Source: an uncultured candidatus Porisulfidus sp. (GTDB taxonomy: Bacteria; Pseudomonadota; Gammaproteobacteria; Poriferisulfidales; Poriferisulfidaceae). From it: a DNA stretch of 64,000 bases. Shown piece by piece: positions 10,029 through 18,358 of the stretch. The notes under the pieces are model-generated. The model saw only the letters and a program-made list of their open reading frames with translations, was not told where the DNA came from and did not search any database. Each line of letters begins with the position of its first letter. The first letter of the stretch is position 1. The stretch lies in contig CBDASZ010000001.1 in NCBI GenBank assembly GCA_965199755.1, positions 640,001-704,000 of the forward strand. Reading direction: 5' to 3'. A program made the translations under genes and the position numbers.

Positions 10029-10856
10029 CTACCGCACCCGCTTCAGGCCGGTCTTGGTGAAGTCGCGGGCAGCCATATCCGTCTGAAACTGATAGTCCGT
10101 CCACTCCATGATGGTGCTTTTGCCGGTCACGTGATTGATCATCGACCACAGGCCGCCGCGCCAGTACTGATCCAGATACTGCTGGTAGCCTTCAATGGTC
10201 AGCGTTTTCATGTGCGTGTCCTTGCGGTCGTAGAAGTGGATTTGCTGAATCCGCAATTCCGCCTCGTCATACCAGACGATCTGACGCTTGTACCCTGAAT
10301 CCTTTTCGGCCGGGTAGCGCTCCAGCATCAGGCAGGTCATCTCCCCGCACGGCTCATCGCCCAGATAGCGATAGGTGAACTTTTCCACTTCCTGAGAGGA
10401 CAGGTCTTCGTATGAGAACTCACTGCCCATAAAGGAGCCAGACTTGTTGGAAGCGCTGATGCGTTTGACGCGCTTCAGTGCCGGCAGATACAACCACTGG
10501 TCATCCGCGGTGTCCTTGTGCGCGTGGATCAGCAAGGCCGTGCCCTTGACATCGCGCGGGCTGTCAAAAACAAACAGGCTGCGATCGCCGTCATCCTTCA
10601 TTTCCAGAGACTTGACGCGCAGGCGGCGGACGCTCTCCTTGCCTTGCTTGTTGCGCAGGGTCATGGTTTGTTTGACCGTAGAGTTTCCGAATCCGTCATC
10701 TTTTGCACTCGCGGCTTGCGCGAGTTTCAGACCTTGCGCCTCCGGCGACTCTTCCGCATAAACGGTCGGCAGCGCGGCGGCAAGTGAGAGGGAAAGACCG
10801 CAAAGCGCGGCCATCAGGCGGGTACGGCGCGAGTTCAAAGAGGGGAGTGCGTCCAT
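10029..10856 (-). CDS. Outer-membrane lipoprotein-sorting protein (LolA-like periplasmic carrier)
   Basis: Signal peptide; FDSPRDVKGT, DDQWLYLPALKRVKRI, SFMGSEFSYEDL motifs typical of this family. Confidence 0.85.
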   Translation of the reverse strand: MDALPSLNSRRTRLMAALCGLSLSLAAALPTVYAEESPEAQGLKLAQAASAKDDGFGNSTVKQTMTLRNKQGKESVRRLRVKSLEMKDDGDRSLFVFDSPRDVKGTALLIHAHKDTADDQWLYLPALKRVKRISASNKSGSFMGSEFSYEDLSSQEVEKFTYRYLGDEPCGEMTCLMLERYPAEKDSGYKRQIVWYDEAELRIQQIHFYDRKDTHMKTLTIEGYQQYLDQYWRGGLWSMINHVTGKSTIMEWTDYQFQTDMAARDFTKTGLKRVR

Positions 10857-11108
10857 GAGTTAATCCTCCGAATAGGGTGAAACAGTATTCCCGCCGAGTC
10901 CTCTGTGAGGCAGTCGGGACAGGGCAAATTCATGCAGCGAAAGTCGCACGATTGAATGCAGCATCGGATGCAGAGTTATTGAGCGAACTTGAAATCTCAT
11001 TGTAAGGCACAAAAACAGAGGTGACAGATTCCCTTCGGCAAACTCCGTTCCAACACGCCTTTCCCCTATAATTCCCCTAACTTCCGCATTCGCAGTCTCG
11101 TTATCCGT

Positions 11109-11993
11109 ATGGCCCAATTTCACGGCAGCATGGTTGCTATGGCCACCCCTATGGCGTCTTCAGGCGAAGTGGACTATGCCGCGCTCGGCACCTTGGTGGA
11201 CTTTCATCTGGAGCAGGGTAGTGATGCGCTAGTGCCGGTGGGGACCACGGGTGAGTCAGCGACCCTGACAGTCTCGGAGCATCACGAGGTGATCCACCGC
11301 GTCGTGGAACAGGTCAATGGCCGCATTCCGGTGATCGCCGGAACCGGAGCCAACGCTACTGCGGAAGCGATCGAATTGACGCAACGCGCGGAACAAGCGG
11401 GCGTTGATGCTTGCTTGTCGGTGACGCCGTATTACAATAAACCGACTCAAGGGGGGTTATATCAGCATTATCGCGCTATCGCTGAGGCGGCAACATTGCC
11501 GCAAATACTCTATAACGTGCCGGGGCGAACCGCCTGCGACATGTTGCCGGAGACGGTGGCGCGCTGTGCGGAGCTCCCAGGCATTATTGGCATCAAAGAA
11601 GCGACCGGGGAATTGCAGCGTATTCGGCAACTGCGCGAGTGCTGCCCGGAGGAATTTTTGATTATCAGCGGAGACGACGGGACGGCTATGGAAACCCTGC
11701 TCAATGGAGGCGTTGGTGTGATCACAGTCACCGGCAATGTTGCGCCACGCCTGATGCACGAGATGTGTCAGGCCGCTATGGCCGGCGATGAGGAGTCGGC
11801 GCGCACGTATGACCGCAAACTTGAAGCGCTGCATCGCGATCTGTTTGTGGAGTCCAATCCGATTCCTGTCAAATGGTGTCTGCAGCAGATGGGGCTGATC
11901 CCGGAAGGCATTCGCCTGCCGTTGACGCCGTTATCAGAGGAACATCATCCGCGCTTGCGCGCGGCGATGCAGGCGGCGGAGATACAGCCATGA
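11109..11993 (+). CDS. dapA: 4-hydroxy-tetrahydrodipicolinate synthase
   Basis: GTTGES, PYYNKP, LYNVPGRT, GIKEATG, ESNPIPVK; TATAAT about 40 nt upstream. Confidence 0.97.
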   Translation: MAQFHGSMVAMATPMASSGEVDYAALGTLVDFHLEQGSDALVPVGTTGESATLTVSEHHEVIHRVVEQVNGRIPVIAGTGANATAEAIELTQRAEQAGVDACLSVTPYYNKPTQGGLYQHYRAIAEAATLPQILYNVPGRTACDMLPETVARCAELPGIIGIKEATGELQRIRQLRECCPEEFLIISGDDGTAMETLLNGGVGVITVTGNVAPRLMHEMCQAAMAGDEESARTYDRKLEALHRDLFVESNPIPVKWCLQQMGLIPEGIRLPLTPLSEEHHPRLRAAMQAAEIQP

Positions 11994-13081
11994 AGCGCGG
12001 CGTATTATTTGGCGGACTGGGCCTGCTGCTGGCGGGTTGCGGTGATGAGCCGCTGACCATTGAGGAGTTGGTGGATGAGGCCACCGAGGTCTTTCAGGGC
12101 GAGTTTTTTGAGGGCGAGGAGGAGTACTCCGCAAGCGGTTCCGTTGAGGCGCTCAAGGTCCCGCCGCAGATGAGCACGCCCGATACCAGCCGACAGCTGG
12201 TGATTCCGAATCTGTCTGGAGTCAGTGCTAAAGCCACGGGCCGCGGCAGCCAGTCGGCGGTGCTACCGGAGTTTCTGGAGATGAAGGTGCGCCGGGAAGG
12301 ATTGGTGCGCTGGTTGGAAGTCGGAGCCGCGCCGCTTGCGGTGTGGCCGCATTTGCGCGAGTTCTGGGAGCAGCAAGGCTTTGAATTGGTGCTGGAGCAA
12401 CCGACTCTGGGCATCATGGAGACACAATGGCGCGGCGCGGTTCGGGATACGGAAGAGGTTGATGAGTCGCAGCACTTCACGGCGGTGCGCGAGAAATTCC
12501 GCGCGCGCATTGAACGCGAACCGAACGGTTACGCCAACCTTTTTGTGACGCGGCAAAGTCTGGAAGTCGCAGGTTTGAGCGAGGACAACAAGGTGGTCTG
12601 GAAGTCAGGCCGTCCGAATCCGGAAGAAGAAGCCGAGATACTGGTGCGCATCATGGAGCATTTCGGCATGTCGCGTCTGGAAGGCGTGGCGACGTTGGAA
12701 GAAGAGCAGGTCGAGAGCACCGTACACCTGGACATCGAAAACATTGGCGGCATCTCGGTGTTGGTGGTGAAAGACGATTTCAGCAGCGTATGGCGTCAGG
12801 TGGCGGTGGCGCTGGAGCGCTCCGGGCTGTATCTGATCGATGTGGATCGCGCCGCCGGCGCGTTGATCTTCCGCTATCGCGGGCGCGGCGCAACGGCAAC
12901 GGGTGATGAGGCGCTATTGCTGGAAGCTCGTCTGCTGGAGCGCAGTCCAGGCATCACACTGGTGACCGCGCATTATCACGACAAGCCCGGACCGCTACCC
13001 AAGGAAATCACCCGTGAAGTCTTGCGGAGTGTGGTGGCGGCGTACACCTTGATCCCGCGCGCCACGGCGCAGGGCAAGTAA
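11990..13081 (+). CDS. bamC: Outer-membrane protein assembly lipoprotein BamC
   Basis: Start ATG 11990 overlapping the dapA stop; lipobox LLAGC; LKVPP, RWLEV..WP..REFW, GIMETQW; conserved dapA-bamC order. Confidence 0.8.
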   Translation: MKRGVLFGGLGLLLAGCGDEPLTIEELVDEATEVFQGEFFEGEEEYSASGSVEALKVPPQMSTPDTSRQLVIPNLSGVSAKATGRGSQSAVLPEFLEMKVRREGLVRWLEVGAAPLAVWPHLREFWEQQGFELVLEQPTLGIMETQWRGAVRDTEEVDESQHFTAVREKFRARIEREPNGYANLFVTRQSLEVAGLSEDNKVVWKSGRPNPEEEAEILVRIMEHFGMSRLEGVATLEEEQVESTVHLDIENIGGISVLVVKDDFSSVWRQVAVALERSGLYLIDVDRAAGALIFRYRGRGATATGDEALLLEARLLERSPGITLVTAHYHDKPGPLPKEITREVLRSVVAAYTLIPRATAQGK

Positions 13082-13113
13082 TCAATTTTTGTGGCCCGTC
13101 GCCGGGCGGTCAA

Positions 13114-14010
13114 TCAGTCGTCGCCGGAATGGTCGCGCGTCATGGTGGCGGATTGCAGCCGTGACATGGCGAGGTAGGTGATGTTGCCTTTGCGCATAAC
13201 CACATCGCGTGACTTGTCTTTTTCGATGCAGGCGTATGCTGAATGATTGTGGATCGACTCAAAGTTTTCTGACTCCACCCGATAGGTACGGATGCGATCA
13301 TCGTCATTGAGTTGCAGGGCGATGTCACGCACCATGTCCTCGACAAACTTGGCATTGTCGTAGGCGCGCTCGGTGACATATTTCTCGTCACCGCGTTTAA
13401 GCAGTCCGTACAGTTCACAGGAGGCCTGCGCTTCAGCCATCTCAATCAGATCCTCAATCCAGACCGGCTTTGCCACAGTGACGGTCAGCGTGATGTGCGA
13501 GCGCTGGTTGTGCGCGCCATAGTCCGAGATGCTCTTGGAGCAGGGGCACAGACTGGTGACCGGCACAGTGATGCCTACTTCCAGTTGGCTGTCGCTCGCA
13601 TTGATCTGGCCGCGAAGCGTCACCTGATAATCAAGATAACTGCGTACGCCGGAGACGGGAGCCGTCTTCGCCATAAAAAACGGGAAGCTCATTTCGATGG
13701 TGCCCTTCTCGGCACTGAGCCGCCCGGTCATGGTGCGCATCAGGGTATGGAAACTTTCCAGCGACAAGGCCTCGCGTTTTTGTTCCAGGACTTCCACGAA
13801 GCGCGACATGTGCGTGCCCTTGACATCGGGAGGCAGATTAACCGTCATGGTGATACGCGCCACGGTGGACTGCGCCTCACCGCTGCGATCAACGAACTTG
13901 ACCGGATGCAGAATGTCCTTGATGCCGACCTTGTTAATAGGGATCGCGCGCGTGTCGGCGAGTGCCTGTTCGTCAGGCAGAGGTGCGGTCGCTGGGACGG
14001 GATTGGCCAT
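13114..14010 (-). CDS. folE2: GTP cyclohydrolase IB (FolE2)
   Basis: [46 protein letters not shown]; start at ATG 14010. Confidence 0.94.
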   Translation of the reverse strand: MANPVPATAPLPDEQALADTRAIPINKVGIKDILHPVKFVDRSGEAQSTVARITMTVNLPPDVKGTHMSRFVEVLEQKREALSLESFHTLMRTMTGRLSAEKGTIEMSFPFFMAKTAPVSGVRSYLDYQVTLRGQINASDSQLEVGITVPVTSLCPCSKSISDYGAHNQRSHITLTVTVAKPVWIEDLIEMAEAQASCELYGLLKRGDEKYVTERAYDNAKFVEDMVRDIALQLNDDDRIRTYRVESENFESIHNHSAYACIEKDKSRDVVMRKGNITYLAMSRLQSATMTRDHSGDD

Positions 14011-14214
14011 GCTTGATTCCGGTGAAGAAGTCTCCTTATGGACACATATTAGCAAAAGAGTTGCGACGGCAAATATAGCAGCCCTGACCGGCATGCCTCT
14101 GAGCTGTGTCGGGTTGACAGAGGCAGTAGAGTTTGAGAGGGCTTGGCGTTGTTTGTGTGGAGCAAGTGGAAGTAGTCAGCGCACCAAGTGAAAATCGAGC
14201 GGTGATACCCTCAA

Positions 14215-15465
14215 TCATGCGGTTATATTCTTCGGCCAACGTGCCGAAACGTCAAACTCAAACAACTCTTTTTTCGAGTTTCGCTTTCTGATCGCGCGGC
14301 ACTCGATATTATCGAAGCCTAGGTTTTGTAGCATGGCTGAGTACACCTTCTCTACCGACAAAAGCACCCCATAAAAAGTCGAATTCCCAACAATATAGTG
14401 CAGCTCTGCGCCTGACCTCAAGACCGGTGCCAAGGACCTGAAATGTTCCCAAATATCATCAAAATACCTGGAGATATAGTTCGCCATGATTTTGCCGTTC
14501 TTGTTGTCGCGATGTGAGATGTTCTCCAGTGCAGAGTCCAGCATCGGATGATGAAATGTTTTTTCTGTCGGTTCCCACTCAGCCAGTCTGCTCGTTGCAA
14601 TTCCCCAAGTGCCTCCGATTGCCTGCCAGTCTAATTCACCTGCATCACTGCCATTGGCCAGAAATCCGAGCCAATACATGTAGGGCCTGAGTTCGCGAAT
14701 ATACGACATGCGATTAGCGTAAGGTGGAGAGGTGATGATCAGATCAAAAGTACCTTCCACCACTTCGGTCAACTTCCGCGCATCCCCGAAAAAAACTTGG
14801 CCTGTTCTCTCCGGGTTGTTGCGTGCTCCCTGCAGCACAAAATTCACGTTATTAGTGAACACCTGCTCCCGGTCGACACGAAACAAATCGTTCGATTGTT
14901 CAGCGTCCTTGAAAGACATGGATTGATGATTGAATGCGGCACTGGAAAGTTCGATCAAGGTTCTGCAGAAGGCGATGAGCAGCAGGTTCCTTTCTGGTGA
15001 TTGCTCTTCTGCCGCATAGTCGATGGCAGCTCTCAACTTGCACAGAAAAATCAGTGCGTCCTCGCACCACCAGCGCTGTATGTTGTGAATAGTTGGTGCT
15101 GTTATCGGTTCGACCGCGTCTTCCTTGACCGCCTCAATAATCCGAGGGGTCGCATCACGAGTCGCTGCTATAACGGTGCTGGAGTATCGCGCCATCTTGG
15201 CTTGCGCAAACCAGACGAGAAACGGATTGATTTCCGTAGTCACGCCTTCGTGCCCATGGTAGGCGGCGATCAGTGCTGTGGTTGCTGTCCCGCAAAAAGG
15301 GTCCAGAACCCGTTGCGGTCGATCATGCCGATAAATCAGTTCTTCAACCATCTTGACCGAATAAGCGGGAGTAAGCCGCAACCAGCCATGCCGCCCGGCT
15401 GTCGCGTTGAATTTCTGCGTGTAATCTGATCTTTGTCGCAGTTGAGTTCTGGGAACAGCACTCAT
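14215..15465 (-). CDS. DNA amino-methyltransferase, probably N4-cytosine (motif I before SPPY)
   Basis: VLDPFCGTATT SAM-binding motif near N-terminus, IITSPPY catalytic motif later; visibly AT-richer than flanks. Confidence 0.85.
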   Translation of the reverse strand: MSAVPRTQLRQRSDYTQKFNATAGRHGWLRLTPAYSVKMVEELIYRHDRPQRVLDPFCGTATTALIAAYHGHEGVTTEINPFLVWFAQAKMARYSSTVIAATRDATPRIIEAVKEDAVEPITAPTIHNIQRWWCEDALIFLCKLRAAIDYAAEEQSPERNLLLIAFCRTLIELSSAAFNHQSMSFKDAEQSNDLFRVDREQVFTNNVNFVLQGARNNPERTGQVFFGDARKLTEVVEGTFDLIITSPPYANRMSYIRELRPYMYWLGFLANGSDAGELDWQAIGGTWGIATSRLAEWEPTEKTFHHPMLDSALENISHRDNKNGKIMANYISRYFDDIWEHFRSLAPVLRSGAELHYIVGNSTFYGVLLSVEKVYSAMLQNLGFDNIECRAIRKRNSKKELFEFDVSARWPKNITA

Positions 15466-16277
15466 GTTGATTCCGGGGCCAACAGGGTCTTCAAAATGGT
15501 ATTCATTTCCGAACGAAGCGTTTTAGCATTTCGCTCAAAAAATGCTGCCAAGTCATATCCGACAACATTCTTAATGAAGTCATAGGTAGATAGCAGAGGA
15601 CCCTCGGCACCAACTGTACCTGTCAAGACCGACCACTTGTTAGCACGGTAGCGCAGAAGAATGTCACCATCAATTTGTCCCGACAATACTACAACACATG
15701 GGAAGTACCCTTTTGTATAAGCAATCGCTGCATTGGCCATATCGGCGTCTTGGCGCTTTGAATCTTTGCTCTTGTAGCCTTGGCGAACCTCAAAAACAAC
15801 ACCCGTCAAACTCTTCAGCACCTTCTCGTCAATATCCAGCATGTTCGCCGAACTGTTCATCCACTGAACGAGGGCGTTACGTTTTCTTTTGCTCCCAACC
15901 TTCTCGAAAGGAATCCGGCAATCCAGATGCAGGGTTCGCTTCCGCCCACTCGGTGTAGTGACCTGATAAGACCATGCTGCGTCTTCCTCAGCCAATCCGA
16001 GTGAATCCTTAATGATTGTCCGAAATAATTTCTCGCAGCCAATACCGACTTGTCGATACACGCTTGTCATGCCGCCTGCAGTTTTGTGGGCTACATACAT
16101 CATGGGATTATCCAAACCAAGCCAACTATAAAATATATCCGCTTGATACAAATCCTGAAACTGATTCAGCGTCAGTCCTCCACCTTTTGAGCCTTGACCA
16201 AATTTAGGCTTGTAATGAGCGGATACTCTGATCGAATCCAGAATAATCTGTAGGTATTCCTTATCCGTAGCACTCAT
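15462..16277 (-). CDS. Putative type II restriction endonuclease
   Basis: 4-nt overlap with the methyltransferase start, 271 aa, candidate PD-(D/E)xK-like core LHLD...VFEVRQGYKS, AT-richer; mostly a context-based call. Confidence 0.6.
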   Translation of the reverse strand: MSATDKEYLQIILDSIRVSAHYKPKFGQGSKGGGLTLNQFQDLYQADIFYSWLGLDNPMMYVAHKTAGGMTSVYRQVGIGCEKLFRTIIKDSLGLAEEDAAWSYQVTTPSGRKRTLHLDCRIPFEKVGSKRKRNALVQWMNSSANMLDIDEKVLKSLTGVVFEVRQGYKSKDSKRQDADMANAAIAYTKGYFPCVVVLSGQIDGDILLRYRANKWSVLTGTVGAEGPLLSTYDFIKNVVGYDLAAFFERNAKTLRSEMNTILKTLLAPEST

Positions 16278-16450
16278 GGCGCACCTCTCCCACTTAAGTA
16301 GAGGTTGCTACAGAGACTTGGCAGCTCACTGTACGTCAACGGCATTACTTTTACTTTTGCCGATTGATTATTCATGGGCCGCGTGTGGCCTGAGTAAATA
16401 CCCAAGGCACAAGCCGATACTGAAAACATTGCTCTATCCTCGCTTGCTGA

Positions 16451-16474
16451 TTACTGGCAACTCTCTGCCAGTAA
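16451..16474. promoter_or_regulatory. Inverted repeat in the divergent REase / HEPN-MNT intergenic region
   Basis: TTACTGGCA-N6-TGCCAGTAA perfect 9-bp arms. Confidence 0.4.
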
Positions 16475-16552
16475 GATAGGACTCATCATATTACACCTCT
16501 TTCCACACAAAACGGTGAAGCACCATTTCAGGTGCGGCTGACATACAAGTAG

Positions 16553-17356
16553 ATGAGCCGGGTAATGACAGAGAAACCTCACCTCACATCTTTCGTACAG
16601 GTAACCGAGCGTGTCGAAGAATCCTGGCTGTGCTATCAGGCTGATACAAGCAATGCTCTGATGCGCGATAGTCTTCTGCACCGCTTTAAGATCGCCTACG
16701 AGATGGCATGCAAAGTGCTGAAGCGCTATCTGCAGTATGCTTCCGCAGAGCCGGGACAGTTCAGACAGATGGGCTTTCAGGACGTCATTCGCACGGCAAA
16801 CCAACAGGGCCTGCTTTTGGGTGGTTTATCGGACTGGCTCTTTTTTCGAGACATGCGCGGTCGCACCAGTTACGCCTACGAGGATGAGGTCGCACTGGAG
16901 ATTGCAAAAAACACACCACGTTTTCTGAAAGAGGCAACTTACTTGCGTGACCGACTGCTGGAACGCTTGGAACTTGTGGATGTAGCTGAACCGGATGAGC
17001 TGTCACGTCCCACGACTCGGAATAAAGACTACGGGGTCATTGACTTGAGCGCAGACCATTTGGCCTTTGTACGTGAAGTGCTGCAGCGGCACGTACCGGA
17101 GCGAGAGGTGCTGGTGTTTGGATCCCGCGTGCAAGGCACCGCGCGCGAATATTCCGATCTTGATCTTGCTATTCAGGGCGATGCGCCTCTTCCACTTAAT
17201 GTGGTTCTGGATATGACAGCAAGTTTCAGAGATTCTGATTTCCCGCTCAAGGTAGACGTCGTGGATTTGGCGAGTGTCGATGAGTCCTTCCGCGACATTA
17301 TTCTCCGTGATGGGATAGCGATACAGCCCCCTTCAGAGACGCCCTCATCGGAATAA
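16553..17356 (+). CDS. Fused HEPN (HI0074-like) + minimal nucleotidyltransferase (MNT) protein
   Basis: N-half RDSLLHRF..YE...KVLKRYL, DVIRTA..GLL, RDMRGRTSYAY; C-half VLVFGSRVQG...SDLDLAI, KVDVVDL; one continuous frame. Confidence 0.85.
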   Translation: MSRVMTEKPHLTSFVQVTERVEESWLCYQADTSNALMRDSLLHRFKIAYEMACKVLKRYLQYASAEPGQFRQMGFQDVIRTANQQGLLLGGLSDWLFFRDMRGRTSYAYEDEVALEIAKNTPRFLKEATYLRDRLLERLELVDVAEPDELSRPTTRNKDYGVIDLSADHLAFVREVLQRHVPEREVLVFGSRVQGTAREYSDLDLAIQGDAPLPLNVVLDMTASFRDSDFPLKVDVVDLASVDESFRDIILRDGIAIQPPSETPSSE

Positions 17357-17372
17357 ACCCGAAACTCATTTG

Positions 17373-17388
17373 TGCTATACTTGCGCCC
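17373..17388 (+). promoter_or_regulatory. Extended -10 promoter with GC-rich discriminator for the str operon
   Basis: TGcTATACT followed by TGCGCCC about 85 nt before rpsL. Confidence 0.55.
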
Positions 17389-17464
17389 TGAATTTCGCGG
17401 GCCAGCCCTCGATTGGGGGTTGGCCTGTTTTAATAATTAAACCGATGACTATGGTTTGTCTGCG

Positions 17465-17842
17465 ATGGCAACGATTAACCAGCTGGTCCGCAAGCGACGC
17501 AAGCGGCCCACGAGCAAGAGTAATGTTCCGGCGTTAGCGCGTTGTCCGCAACGTCGTGGTGTCTGCACGCGCGTCTACACCACTACCCCCAAGAAACCCA
17601 ACTCCGCACTGCGAAAAGTCGCCCGCGTCCGTTTGACCAACGGCTTTGAGGTGACCTCTTATATTGGTGGGGAAGGACATAATCTGCAAGAGCACTCCGC
17701 CGTCCTGATTCGGGGCGGTCGAGTCAAGGATCTGCCCGGCGTACGCTATCACACAGTACGCGGCAGTCTCGACACTCAGGGGGTCGCCGATCGGCGACAA
17801 GGCCGTTCCAAGTACGGAACAAAGCGCCCCAAATCCAACTGA
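17465..17842 (+). CDS. rpsL: 30S ribosomal protein uS12
   Basis: [31 protein letters not shown]. Confidence 0.98.
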   Translation: MATINQLVRKRRKRPTSKSNVPALARCPQRRGVCTRVYTTTPKKPNSALRKVARVRLTNGFEVTSYIGGEGHNLQEHSAVLIRGGRVKDLPGVRYHTVRGSLDTQGVADRRQGRSKYGTKRPKSN

Positions 17843-17866
17843 TCCCCGCCGTTTCTGGAGTCTGCC

Positions 17867-18337
17867 ATGCCGCGCCGTCGCGATGTTCCTGAACGCCCGA
17901 AACAGCCAGACCCAAAGTACGGCAAGGAGCAGCTCAGCCGCTTTATTAACGCGCTGATGCGCGATGGCAAGAAGTCGGTGGCGGAACGCATCCTGTATGA
18001 CGCACTCGATGAAATCGCGCGAGTACGTGGCGGTGACGCAACGGTCGTGCTGGAATTGGCGCTCGAGAATGTTCGCCCGCCGGTTGAAGCCAAGCCGCGT
18101 CGCGTCGGCGGCGCTACCTATCAGGTGCCGGTTGAAGTGCGTCCGCAACGCCAGGAAGCGCTGGCTATCCGCTGGATTATTGAATCGGCGCGTAAGCGCT
18201 CGGAGACTTCCATGAAGCGCCGGCTGGCCGGCGAGTTAATGGACGCGGCGGACCAAAAAGGTATCGCCATCAAGAAACGCGAAGACACGCTTAGCATGGC
18301 GGAGTCGAACCGCGCGTTTTCACACTATCGCTGGTAA
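17867..18337 (+). CDS. rpsG: 30S ribosomal protein uS7
   Basis: [33 protein letters not shown]. Confidence 0.98.
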   Translation: MPRRRDVPERPKQPDPKYGKEQLSRFINALMRDGKKSVAERILYDALDEIARVRGGDATVVLELALENVRPPVEAKPRRVGGATYQVPVEVRPQRQEALAIRWIIESARKRSETSMKRRLAGELMDAADQKGIAIKKREDTLSMAESNRAFSHYRW

Positions 18338-18358
18338 GGCGACAGCTGGAATACGATC

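Noticed and set aside
14011-14125. Possible folate riboswitch upstream of folE2
   Set aside because: Only one generic hairpin is visible; no consensus recognisable without a covariance search.
14130-14230. ATATAAC at the MTase 3' end resembling an integron attC inverse core
   Set aside because: No matching GTTRRRY core or extended attC palindrome found, and no integrase in the window.
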